A stretch of 63,082 nucleotides of DNA, the filler included, from Reticulomyxa filosa (Eukaryota; Protista; Foraminifera): NCBI GenBank assembly GCA_000512085.1. It is 20 parts of 20 records of this genome, joined end to end, with 100 filler letters (N's around TTAATTAATTAA, not from the genome) between each part and the next. Parts side by side here need not be neighbours in the genome. Positions count along the whole stretch, not along the records: positions 21,540 to 26,539 come from ASPP01015543.1; positions 26,640 to 28,225 come from ASPP01008474.1; positions 28,326 to 33,394 come from ASPP01000988.1; positions 33,495 to 38,752 come from ASPP01015657.1; 16 more parts are not named here. One strand, given 5' to 3'. The notes below the pieces were generated by a model. The model had not been told where the DNA came from. It did no database searches and was given only the letters and a program-made list of their open reading frames with translations. A program made the translations under genes and the position numbers. Below, piece after piece: positions 24,329 to 38,852 of the stretch; position 1 is the stretch's first letter; every line of letters begins with the position of its first letter.

Positions 24329-25915
24329 GCTTGTTCCCGTCCTACATTCATTTCAACGTGTTTTTGTTTTTAGTGTCGTTGGTAACAACTTGGTCCATGT
24401 GCACACAAAACTCGAAAAATCCAAAAACTTCTTTGAGTACAACCAAATCATTACATAAAAACTAAATACATAGTTATTTTTGTGTTTGCTGTTATCAAAT
24501 CAATCATATTGCATTTTGTTTTGCAACAATTTCATCTTTTGTGGTAATATACTTCATTTTCGGCATATCTTTGACAATACGTTATACAGAACTTCAAATA
24601 ATAGAATAATATTTTAATATAAGTTCAAAGTAAATAATTTATTTCCTCAGTTATTAAGTAAAATTATCAACTTTTTGCTGTCAGTACATAATATTAAATC
24701 TTATGAAGATAGTCTATTTTCTAAGTCAAATATAACCATCTTTTCAAAATCTTTTACTAAGAATCTTCAAGTATTTCAAAATGCATTTCATTTTTATCTA
24801 TAATTTTTTTGTCAATTATAAATTTTTTATCATTTTCTACAACCTTAATATTTTGCGTATTTTTTTCTTTGTAAATTTGGTTTTTTTAAAATTTTTAGTC
24901 GTTTGTTTTATGAAATGTAATTTTTTTGTATTATTTTTGTGCTCAATCTTTTTGTTTTTTTGCGTTAGTAATTTTAATTAAAAAAATATTTGAAACAACA
25001 AACATATCATTATTTTTTAAATTAAAAGTTTTTGTGTTTTTTGCATCAAACTATGTTCGACTGGTAAGTTTTTGATAAACATGGAAAAGATAAATATTGA
25101 ATTTTATAATTGAATCTCTTTGGAGTTTAATACATTCTAACAACAAAAATGTAGGGAGTGAGCTGTCTAAGTGTAATACGAAAGGAACTTAGTTCAGAAA
25201 ATCGATTTCAGTAAAGATAAAATAAATTAACAACAAAATAAAGAAAAGAGTGAAAAGAAACAAGACAAAAGTGAGTTGTGAAGAAGGTTTTAACACTGGA
25301 GGTTCCCCGTTTCCTTAGCACTTAAAAGACAATACCTTTCAAAAATTCAAAACAAATAAAACAAATAAAATTAGTTAAAAACATACAAAAATAATAAAGT
25401 TGTAGAAAATGATAAAAATGTTTGCAGTTGACAAAAAATTGTAGACAAAAATGAATGTATTTTGAAACACTTGAAGATTCGTAGATATTTTAAAAAAGAT
25501 TTTGAAAAAATGTTAATTTTTGACTTACAAAATTGATCATCTTCATAAGGTGCCATTTTTATGTATCAAGACTTTTGTAACTACATCTAATTTACAATTT
25601 TCTTTATCTATTATAAAATATTTGCACTTTTTTTAATTTATTCAAAAATCAATTTGTTTTTGGAATAGAATGCAAGGTATACATTTTGTTAGACAACAAT
25701 CTGTAAACAAATTTGCAAAAAATAAATAATAATGAACTGTCAAACAATGTTTGCATTTTTAAATCAATAGTCACTGCGTGAAACATTAAACTTTGGTCAA
25801 AATCATCAAATTTTCGAAAATGATTACATAACTCAGATTTGATTAATGTGACAATTGCCCACAATAACAAAATATACTAAAAAAACAACGCAAAAATGTG
25901 TCAATCTAATTTGAA

Positions 25916-26445
25916 TTAAAATTTATGCTGAAGTCGACTTGACACGACCCGTAGTTTGGAATAGACGTTGCCAGGAGCACTTCCAATAATAAGACGCGAT
26001 ATTGCATTTCTGGCCAAAGCAATGGAAGCAAAGCTCCCAAGGATGTGAACGTGAAATCCAAATATCACCACACGCGTGTTAGTTGAATTTTCGATTGAAT
26101 ACTTGATTTTACCGTACTGACCGGCAATTCGACCAACAGCTCGCATCCAATGGTCCGATTTCTTATTAAAAAACTTAACTATATTTTAACCATTCCCCCC
26201 AACATACACAACACACATGTACATATACATAATATAAGTAATTATCTAATTTAAACAGTTACACTTGTGCTTCCTCCACAAAAATAGACATACCATCTCT
26301 AATATCAAATGTTTCCAAATAGACGTCCTCTAATCGGATCAATGCAATCGCATCTTTTATTTCAAATCCCAAGATACAAGCTCTTACAAAATCTGCGCCT
26401 TTTTGAACCGCTCCTGCCATATTTGTTTTGGAAGATGTCTATCGG
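25916..26445 (-). CDS. PNO1: PNO1/Dim2 KH-domain ribosome biogenesis factor, 5'-partial
   Basis: [39 protein letters not shown] | [54 protein letters not shown]. Confidence 0.92.
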
Positions 26446-26639
26446 CCAAACCATTCACAATTTTTGTCGTTGTTGAATATGCACACCTCAAAAACTTTTT
26501 TTCCCTACTCCCCCTTTTTACCATTCGTTCCAAAAAAAANNNNNNNNNNNNNNNNNNNNNNNNNNNNNNNNNNNNNNNNNNNNTTAATTAATTAANNNNN
26601 NNNNNNNNNNNNNNNNNNNNNNNNNNNNNNNNNNNNNNN

Positions 26640-28180
26640 ATTGCCATTGCCATTGCCATTGCCATTGCCATTGTCATTGTCATCTCCATTTGCGGATGAA
26701 AGTTGTTCGCCGAGTATGGCAGGGCTGCGATTTCGATTGCGCGATGGCACCAACATATTGTGTTCGCGTTCGTTCTCATACCAGTCTTTGACCACCTGTT
26801 CGTCCTTTAAATAGAACTGAATGCCAGGAGGAGGGTCCTGTCCCTTGTCTTGAATCGTCGTCCACCCATTGTTTGGCGGCGAGGAGTTTGGAGATAAGCC
26901 AACATAAAAGTCTTCGCCATTGCATCGTAGCGCCCACATGGACTCCCCTTTATATATATGTATATGTAAAAATAAATATATACATGTACAACAAATTACA
27001 TACATGATACATATATGGATATGCATATACCATTGTCTTCATTAAAAATCAATCGTGTCAACGTCCAAGAGTGTTGCGAATCAGCGCTGTCCTTATCCCG
27101 TTGTTTGGAGTCATCGACAGAGGAATCGAGGAGAGCACTGTTGTCCTTTCGATACAAGGGCGCGTCATGGTCGTCGAGTCCGTCAAAGTAATATTTGCCG
27201 TTGCAATGGGCGCATCCGGCGCGCGTGGCCATGAGCACGAGTTTGTCATATTTTTTACGCAGAAAAGTGACAGCAAAGGGTTCATTGCGCACGACGCACT
27301 CTTTGAGCAGAGGGATGGCTTTTTGAGGATCGCGACTGACATCCTCCTCGTCGATGCGCAGCAGCAAGTCTCCGGGTTTGAGTCCGAGCATGCGCGCTTG
27401 TCCGGCGGGATTCATTCGAATGACTTCCATGTACTTGCTGGCGTCGTCGCAGCGCAAAGCAAAGCCAATGGGTCCGCAAAAGATGAATTCGATCATTTGC
27501 ACCGGCAGGTCTTGTTCGTATTGCTTCAGCAAGTCGTGTTCTTGTTGTTGCTCTTGCATGCGCTGTCTCAACTCTTCGTCGTACACACACAACGGCTCTC
27601 GTGTCAACTCGATGAACATGAGCCCAGGAGGGGGGTTCTTCCCGGACACGCTGTACCAACAGCGCAATGGCGGCGGTGCAAACGTGTGCGATATCCCTAA
27701 AATGTTCTCTGCGCTGTGCACGTCCGACTTCAATGCATTGCTGTACAGGTACTGACTCGACTCATTACCGATACACCACGTCCCATTCGTCTCGCGATAG
27801 ATCACTGTCTTCGGGTACTCGCTGTGACTGAACATCAAAAATCCGTTCTTCTGTCCCACACATAAATAATACCCGTTCACTTTCTCTTCCCCTCCGTGAC
27901 GTACTAATAATGAGTACGAACAATACTCGGTCTCGTCCAGTTGCTTGTCTGGCTCATAGATCTTGTTCCCATGCCCAATATTTCCTCCTCCTCCTCCTCC
28001 TCCTTCTGCTATATTTGCTCCAGTTGCTCCTGCTGCGCTCTCGCTTTCCTTACTCTTCTCTATGTTCTCTTTCAGTTCTATCCCTGTTCCCGAATACTTC
28101 CTCGACTTCTCCGGATTCAATGCTAACGCTTTGTCCGTTCCTTCTGTCTTATTGTTCCCATTCTTTACCAGCTCATCCAC

Positions 28181-28185
<5 letters not shown>
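26640..28185 (-). CDS. PDZ-domain protein flanked by two copies of a G-x4-NG-x-Y...W...PP..W...G..PPP domain; partial at both ends (intron ~26949-27030)
   Basis: GPIGFAL..VIRMNPAGQARMLGLKPGDLLLRIDEEDV is PDZ; the repeated flanking domain is visible in translation. Confidence 0.8.
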
Positions 28186-28225
<40 letters not shown>

Positions 28226-28640
28226 NNNNNNNNNNNNNNNNNNNNNNNNNNNNNNNNNNNNNNNNNNNNTTAATTAATTAANNNNNNNNNNNNNNNNNNN
28301 NNNNNNNNNNNNNNNNNNNNNNNNNTTTTTTTTTTGTGAAAGCAAAACAAAAAGAAAAAGACAATACATTTTACTTACACTCTCCATATCTTCCTTGTCT
28401 ATATTATAATGTAGCTCCTTTTTCCTTGCTATGAACATATTTATCCAAATTTAGACTAATAAAAAACTTGAACGATAATCCAATATTAAGTGCGAGTCCT
28501 TAAATATAAAATGTTTAAAATATTCAATAAGATGAAGAGAAAAAAAAATGTCTTTATTATATTTCATTTAAAAAAAAAAGGAAGTTTTCCTTAAAAAAAA
28601 ACACACAAACAAAAAACAAAACAAAAACACCAGTTCTGAA

Positions 28641-29169
28641 ATGTTCTTGACATTTTCTTGTGTTAGTTTTTTATTATTATTTCAAAATGCACTCTCTCAA
28701 TCTTGTACCTATTCTAGCAGTGGACACGAATTGACACTGTCTTCTGTGGTTGCTACGCAATGGTACGATGGGCACACGTTTACATACTATTGGACTCCTT
28801 GTTTCAATGGCTATTCTTGTGGAAGCAGTGGCAATGTAATGGCAGCACAACATAATGACACAATGGTTACTGCAACAATTTAGCAGTTTGGGATTCCAGT
28901 GGTGTAGCAACCTACACAACAAGCGGAAAATGGATAATCGAATACAACAATGGAGCTACTTGCAACGGTGCTCCAAGAAAGGCCAAATTCTATTTGATCT
29001 GTGGAACAGGCGAAAGTTTTGAAATTTTTTTTTTTTGTATAAGATTTAAGAAAAAATTTTTTAAAATAAAATAAAAGATATAATAACGAGCGTTGTCAAT
29101 CCAATTGGTACTTGTGAATATGATTACACTGTAACTGGACCAGCATTTTGCGCAACAAATAGTAGTTGA
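28641..29169 (+). CDS. Small secreted MRH (mannose-6-phosphate receptor homology)-like protein; frameshift at ~28862, one intron
   Basis: Signal peptide; CTY..LTLS, YYWTPC..C, IEYNNGATC..RKAKFYLIC, then GTCEYDYTVTGPAFC after splicing, the MRH Cys/Tyr/Arg pattern. Confidence 0.72.
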
Positions 29170-30185
29170 AACATTGTGACCCAAATGCCTTTATTTCTGT
29201 AGAATAAGAAAACAACTTAATACATATTTCTTTTAAGTTTTTTATTGTAATCCAAATTACAATATAATTAAAAAAATTTTTTGATAAGTAAATATAAATA
29301 CAATTGAGGAAAACTAAAAAAAAAATTTTAAAAATACTTGAATAAGTATATTTCATTGTTTTTTTCTCAAAAATAATATAAATTATATTATTTTATAAAT
29401 TCATTCTTTTTTTATCATTGATTTAAGTGGTAAATTAGTTATAATAATATCTTTTCTATTATTGCACAGTCAAGTTGTGGATGATGACTTTGTCTATTTT
29501 TTTGCAAAGAACATCGTTTGTTGGATAGTCCATACTAACTACAAGGAAAGTTTCGGTTGGAATGTTATTACTTTTTTCACAAATGTTTTCCTTTTCATTT
29601 TAATAATCTCTTATGTCTTTCCTTGTCTCAATCAAAATAAAGAATGCAATATGTTTTTTTTTGTCATAACTTTGCACTTAGTGAATCAAAATGACAATCT
29701 ATAATGTTTTAAATAACATCAAAAAATAATGGAAAATGTATGTGACAAAAAGAGTTTGTAAATTAGTATAACTATTTTTTAATAAGAGGGAATCTCAAAA
29801 TTATCCAAATCATAATTAATTGACAAACACAATAACTTGTATTTATTCAAACAATACTTAAAAAAACAGCATATTCAAATGCAATTCTTATTCCAAAACT
29901 TTAGTAATTAATTGAAAGGAGGTAAAGAAGGAATAATTTCACTCTCGAATTCATCAAACTTACTTACAAGAAACGAGAAATATGACAGTGGATTGTCCCA
30001 AAGAAAAAATATAACCATTACGTTGGTGCTTTTTTGCTATCTCAGAAACGACTAACCACCCACAACAAAAAAAACTGAACGTTTACAATTTTTCCACCAA
30101 AAGAAAAAACACAAACAAAAAAAACAATTATCAACTTAAAAAATCAATTAAGCCTTGTGAAAAAAAATAAAACAAAACAAATTAA

Positions 30186-31779
<1,594 letters not shown>

Positions 31780-32367
31780 TTACTTGGATTAACCTTTTGG
31801 GAGCCAAAAAATGTCAAACGAATGATACTAGAAAAAAAATAATGATAATCAAAAAATTTCTACTTTAGGGCCCAACAACAGTTTAGAAACCGAAAATTCG
31901 TGCCTTCGTATCTTTGCTGTTGTTTTCGAAGCAATTACGTGTCTTTTGACAAGGAAATAAAAATTAAATCATGTAGCAATTGATTGTGATATACTTATTT
32001 ACAAGTTCCCTATTTTTTCATTTTTAATAATTTTTCAAATCTTTACTTCACATAATGTTTAGTACTACAGTATGTTAAAAAAACGGAACACTTAAATGCC
32101 CTTTACGAAGATGATTGATTTGTTCATGAAAACAAACATTTAAAACTTTTTTAAACATTATCACATCGCTTCAGTTGAGCTCAATGTGATATTGTGTAAA
32201 GTTAAACTTAATACCAGCGATTTATTCACGTACTTAATTCTTAAAATCTTTTAATTTTTAAATAGTTTTTGCATAATAATCCACATTTGTTTTTACAAAG
32301 ATTAATTTACAGTGACGTCAGATTCGAGACTGACAAAAAAACAATAACATGTGAACAATTTGTGAGT

Positions 32368-33335
32368 ATGGATACTTTGCAAGAACAAACATTGCAGCAG
32401 TGTCGGAATCAACTGCGGAAAACGCAAAAAAAAAATCTCAAGCAAAGTCATCAAATAACACAACTGGAAGTAAAAATACAATTGTTGAAACAGCAAAACA
32501 AAAACTATCAAACAGATTTGAAAGCAAAGGAATACTACCTTCGCCAAATAAAAAATAAAATTCTGTGTGGCGGTTTCCAGAAGAGGGCATCTTAGAAAAA
32601 AAATTTATTGAATTACAAAATAAATATGATGGATTACTGTCTGAGTACAATCAATTACAGCAAGGATCAGAACAAAATAATAAAGAAAAACGACTAATTA
32701 AACAGAAATTAAGTAACGTAACCTCGACACTAAAAAGTACGGTTTCAAACAAGTCGAAAGACGCCATACCTACAAGTTTGGACAAAAATTTGGACGCTGA
32801 TGTAAAGCAAATTTATTTAGAAAATACCTTTTTGCACAATGACAACAGAGACCTTGCCTTAGAAATTGCATTTCATGAAGAAACAAATAGCAAATTGCAA
32901 CAAGCAATAAATGATCTGTGGGTACATTCCAATCAATGTTTAACGAAGTATCAGCAATCTTGTCATCATATCAATTTTCTCAAGCAACAAATTTCCCACA
33001 ATGTTACCGATACTTTTTTATGTGATCTAAAAAAAGAATTACATCGATTAAAATTTTTCATTCGTCAACTATCGAATGATCTAAAAAATGAAATAATTCG
33101 AATACAGTCCGAATTCAATTACAAATGCTCTCAAGTTTTCAGTAATATTGGAAGTTACCAAACTGAAGACATGTTTAGATCAATACAAGAACGTGACCAA
33201 AAAATTGAAATGCTATTAAATGAAAACAAACTTTTAAATCAACAAATTATAAAATTGACAAATGAAAAAGAAATAGTCTTGGAAAAACTGGACATGTTAC
33301 TTGATGACAACACAACAACTCAGAGACAACTATAA
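32368..33335 (+). CDS. Long coiled-coil protein of unknown function; frameshift at ~32575
   Basis: Two overlapping Q/E/K/L-rich heptad ORFs join if one T is added at GGTTTCCA. Confidence 0.6.
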
Positions 33336-33494
33336 TCAAAATTTGAATAATTTTTTTCTATTGTTACTTTTCATGAGAGACAATAATTTTATCANNNNNN
33401 NNNNNNNNNNNNNNNNNNNNNNNNNNNNNNNNNNNNNNTTAATTAATTAANNNNNNNNNNNNNNNNNNNNNNNNNNNNNNNNNNNNNNNNNNNN

Positions 33495-33533
<39 letters not shown>

Positions 33534-33534
<1 letters not shown>

Positions 33535-36238
33535 ACTATTCCGACATGTATGGGTCAGATAGAGATGATGAATTTTATGAAGTGGGCACAGACAACAACA
33601 GGAAAAAAAATAAAAAAATCCAACAACGGACTGATCATGAGAATAAGGAGGAGAATGAAGACAATGTTGGCGATGGACATGGGAATGGTGATGATGATGG
33701 CAACGATGGCCATGGACAGGACGACGACGGCCATGACCATGCAAATATTGTGGAATCAAAACACGACGAAATAAAAACAGCAATGAAAATGGATAGCAAA
33801 AAGACCAATGCGATAAAAATGGACAATGAGGATGATAGTGATTGGGAATACTCTATTGCTTCTCATGGACGCAAAAGAAAAGAATCTCATCGTTCAAATT
33901 CTTTGCATTCTTCGATTTCATCATCATCGAATCGAAATCGACCTTTCGACCGTCGTTCACGTCAGTTGAAACCTTCAGACAAAGTCAATCATACTCGAGA
34001 CAATGAAAATGACAACAACAATAATAACAACAATAACAATAATAACAATAATAGCTATCATATAATTACACAAGACGTGAATAGTAGTTCATCGTCCATA
34101 TCGAATAAACGAAGAAAGTTAACCAATGAACAGATGAAGCATCAACTTAATCAAAAACGACAGATCAATAACAAGGAAGTGAACGAACATGGAAACACAA
34201 AAACGAACGCGATTCAAAACGAGTCCCGAAATATGACGGCAATATCACAAAGACAAATATCTCAAGACAAGGATGAAGGGAGTGAAAACACTGGAAATCG
34301 CAATGGCAATGACAGTGAAAACGACAATGAGAATGACAATCACAAACATGCGAACAATAACAATGGTGACGATGACGATAATGATAATGACAATGAGGAT
34401 GAAAATAATGACGATGAGAACGACAATGACAATGGAAACGAAGATGAAGATATGGAAGACAAAGAAAAACCTTTTAATGAAACATTGTATCGTCAGTACA
34501 AAACGAGAATGGGGGAAAACAAAGACGTGGACAGCAAAAAGATGTTGAAGAGCTCGATTTCAATAACCCATGTGCTTGAGTTTGAAGAGAATCCGCATTT
34601 GACGGCCTTGGCACAAGAAGAAGTGAAACAATACACAAAATCGAGTGTATCCCATCTTTATGGGTTATCATCGGATTTAGTTTCATTGATGAATAATGCC
34701 AAACAGGTTGTGACTGGTTGTGAAACATTAAAAAAAGTGTTTTACAATATCAACAAGGATTCTGAAATGAATTCTACAAGTATATCAAATACGACACAGC
34801 CAACAAATGTTCCATCTAACGATGAGATCAATGCTCTATCCGAAACTAAAACGAAAATTAAAAATAAAAATGAAAACGAAAATGATAATGAATTCGAAGA
34901 AATATCCTCCTGTCCTTTGCTCGAGCAACTCAAATTGCACATGCAAGGCAAGGGACGAGGAGTAGAATACCATGCACAAATGCATGTGCCCACAGGTGCA
35001 TTGTCCATGCAAAAAGGAAGTTTCATTCCAACGAAGCATCACTCGCATATGGGAAAAAATATGCCACCTCCAGGTGGCCGACAACCGATGTATGGACCAT
35101 TGACTCCAACACATCATGGCAATGTCAATGGTGGCGGAAGTGGCTTTGTCTATGGTTCTCCTTATTATCGTTATGGCCCTCCATCACACCATACACCTTA
35201 TTATGGATACGGGTCCTATCCTTATGTCTCATCACCAAATCACAAGACGTCACCTGGCATGGCTAATCCTTTTCCTTCTCCTCAATCCTATCCGTCTGCT
35301 CAAACTTCAACACCGACAACAACGACGGCAACTGCGCCCACATCTTCACAACCCACTTCTACGACCATAGAAGAAAAGAAAAACAATCAACAAGAATCAT
35401 CAGATAATAAAGAAACACAAAGAGAGACATGTCCAGAATCTAAAATGGAAGATTTGAATAATAAAAATCCGATGGAAACAAACAATCAACAGAATGATGA
35501 GAACAGTAAAACAGCCCTTACAACCACTACAACAAACAATCCTAATTCTTCCTCTCGTCCAACCACCACTACCAATTCAACACTACCTGCTGCAAATGAT
35601 GCCAACTCTACTTCCACGAATCAGCCAAATACTCCTGGATATAACTACTATGGATATCATTATCCAGGATATCGGCATCCTTATTATGGTTATCATCATT
35701 ATGCCCCTTATCCACCAAATTCTCCTGCTTCTGGTCCAGTTGCCGCAACTTCATCTGGTTCTGCTTCAACTACTGCCCCACCGACAACGATTGCACCTCC
35801 GCCTCCTCCACCCCCGCCTCCAACTTTACAACCAAGATCTCTTTCCGGTGGAAGTGTTACTAAAGGGGATCAATCTAACAAAGAAGGTGCAAGTGTTACG
35901 TCTCCTTTTGCCAAGGCACCTCCAATTCAAAAACTTGTTATTGGCACATCTAGGACCAACAATCGCGGAAGTGCCCGTGTAAGTAACGTTTTTCTTTGTT
36001 TTTTTTAATCTTGATCAAATTTCTTTGTGTGAATGTATTTTCTAGGGCGGACAAACGGACAAAACCCGTGATGTACCGATGGAAGGGACCTTGTGAGTTG
36101 TCAAAAACCGAAGAAAAAGATAAAAGAAAGGAAAGAAAAAAAACAGTTGCAAAGAAAACAACAAAAAGGAGTGAAAATGTTTCAAGAGAACTGAAATCAT
36201 GGCCGTGTTTTTTTTTGTCACTGTTATATCACACATGA
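33534..36238 (+). CDS. Large low-complexity protein (N/D tracts, Y/G/H/P-rich blocks, poly-Pro); 5'-partial, intron ~35979-36045
   Basis: 820-codon open frame in AT-rich DNA; no family recognised. Confidence 0.75.
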
Positions 36239-36682
36239 AATTTTTTTTTGTTGATGCGACCAGTGTTAGTTGTTTTTACTTTCTTTTGTTCAGATTGTGC
36301 TGTCTTTTCTTAAGCACAATTACTTTTGTTTCTGCTTGCATGTGTGTTTTTCTTCTTGCGCTAAGTTATATCCACATATATCAAAATCATTAAAATACAA
36401 AAGATTTGCAATATTTGTGAAAAGCACAATTATCAAAGCAATGAATCAAAAATCGAATGCAATTGTTGGAATCAAAAAATGATGACAATGAGTTTCAAAT
36501 GAAGAAAAGCAACCCAAAAAATCTGTTAATTCTTGAAAAATTCACCAAAAACAGACAAACAGACGGAGAAGCAAACTACTTCAAATCAAATGAACACAAG
36601 ACACGTTTTGAAATACACATAGATTGCTCTAAAATAATCCTCATTTATCAGCCCAAATAAAACGCCTTCAAAGCAAAAAATA

Positions 36683-38738
36683 TTACATTATAATACAACA
36701 TGTTGTGCCAGGAGGTTCTGCATCTTCAGCTTTTGCACCTGCGTTTACATCTGCATCTGCATCTACATTTGCATCTGCAGCATCAATACCTTTTTGTTTA
36801 GGAGCTCCCCGCGGAGATGTGGCCGTATATCTGCGCGGCGAAACTTCCTCTGCCCCCTACAGATATTTAAATCCTCTTTGTCAAGGTTTAAATAAATTTC
36901 TAAAGTAAATAGGAGAAATGCAGAACAAAAAAACTACTTAACAGGGCCATAATTAGGGTCTTCACTTACTCCAACTTCCTTGCGAGTTCGTGGACGTCTT
37001 TTTGATTTCACAGTACCCTTGTTCAATAGCACTTCTGTGTTAATTTCTTGTGGTGGTGAGTTGAGATTATCCTCAGATCCTTGTTTCTGTTCTTCTTTTT
37101 TTTGGATTTTAGCAGCATCGTAAGCGCCTTGCTTGAGTTTAGTTGGGTCAATATTCAGCCCAGCCACACGCGCCGCAACATTACCTGGTTTTGCTCGGGG
37201 CGGAGGTGGAGATGTTTCTGCTTTGGGTGATGCTACTTCCTTGGCTTTTTCTTCAAATACTGACGCTTTCGTCTTCACTTGAACTTCCTCAGCGACATAT
37301 GATACACGCTTCTTTTGGATTTTTGCATTCGCTGATGCTGAGTCTCCAGATTCGAGTTGCTCTTTTACCTCTTCAACACGAGATTTGTTGCGAAGCAACT
37401 TTCGTCTTATCTCGCCTGGTTCCTTTTTTTTTTATCCCGCCCCCCCTTACATGTTATTCGAGGTAGAAGATTTCAGAATGTGAACTATAGGAGTGGATGC
37501 GAAAAGAGAAGAAGAAATAGTATTGTTGATCAACAAATAAATAATAACTCCGGGCTTTGTGTCCAGCTTTTCCAATTGTTTTAATGGAAGCTCAAGTTCT
37601 TCTGGACTGCCGTCATGATCAATCGTGCGAAGACAAGTTGCTCGATTTTCGTTAATGATATCGACTTGATATTCAATTTTGTCTATTTCGAATGCAAACC
37701 CTTTGTCATATTCAACGTTCACAGCTGAAGGGTCGCTCGGTTTTAACGTCTTCAATACCTCCTCCGTTAAGAATATGCCTTTGGGAAATTCAAGGCCACC
37801 AGATACTCGCACACAAGTGACAACCCCGGACTCAATTGAATCTACTTTATAAATCATCTTTTCTCCAAATGTGAATACGTGTCCTTGTTTTGTCCGTGGC
37901 CCATCGTCCAGTTTTGCCGTTTGTGTTGTTTTCTCACTGCCCACTTCTGTGTCTGTTGTTTTTTCTTTCTCTGATTCTACTTCTTCTTTTTTTGGTTCTA
38001 CTTCTTCTTTCTCTGGTTTTACCTCTTCCTCTTTTTCTTTGTCTGCTGTTTCCTCTTTTTTATCTTCTTTTTCTTTTTCCTTGTCTTTATTCTCGTTTTT
38101 GTCTTTCTCTTTTTCAGATTCTATTTTTGTCTCTGTTCCTGTATCTTTTTCTTTTTCTTTTTCGACTTCATTAGCTTTATCTTTCTCAGACAATGTATCT
38201 TTATCTGTCTGATTGCTGTTGATATCTGTTGTGTTATCGTGCTTTGCATTGTCAGTGTTTTCTTTTGCTTCTTCTTCTTCTTTTTCTGGTGATGTTACTT
38301 TTTTTCACTGCTTTCTATTGTGCACAAAGCAAAAAAAAAAAAAAAATATCCGCATGAATAGCATGCATTTGCAATGCGTACACTAAATGTGCGCGGTTGT
38401 AATATATAGGTGTGTATATAAAATGAAACGTGATGTATCGTGTTGCTCTTTCGTGGAGTTGTATGAATTGGCACCTGGGGGAGCAATCTGATCAGAAATA
38501 TTTGACGTGGATAAATTAGTCTCATTTTCTTTCTTTTCGTCGGCTAGTACTTCATTTGTTTTGTTATCATTTTCCAAAGTACTCTCTTTTTCCTTCGTTA
38601 TATCATTGGACTGAGCCACATCTGCTTGAGAGGTCTTGGCGTTTTATTTTATTTTTTTTTTTGTCGGTTAAAAAAATATAAACAATGAGAGAGAGAATAA
38701 AATTATGAACGACGTATACTTTAATCCACCCCTCCCAT
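36683..38738 (-). CDS. Multi-exon E/K-rich protein with CapZIP/FAM21-like CPI region and C-terminal CCIIM CaaX box
   Basis: Exons correspond to ORFs 38383-38619, 37447-38193 and 36934-37398, plus a last exon 36683-36857 ending PGTTCCIIM*. Motifs VAGLNIDPTKLKQGA and LLNKGTVKSKRRPRTR. Confidence 0.7.
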
Positions 38739-38852
38739 TGTAACGTATTCCGNNNNNNNNNNNNNNNNNNNNNNNNNNNNNNNNNNNNNNNNNNNNTTAA
38801 TTAATTAANNNNNNNNNNNNNNNNNNNNNNNNNNNNNNNNNNNNNNNNNNNN

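Noticed and set aside
27071-27755. Long antisense ORFs (also 4308-4634, 10738-11291, 50712-51293, 37871-38212)
   Set aside because: Shadows of real genes on the opposite strand, with no independent protein features.
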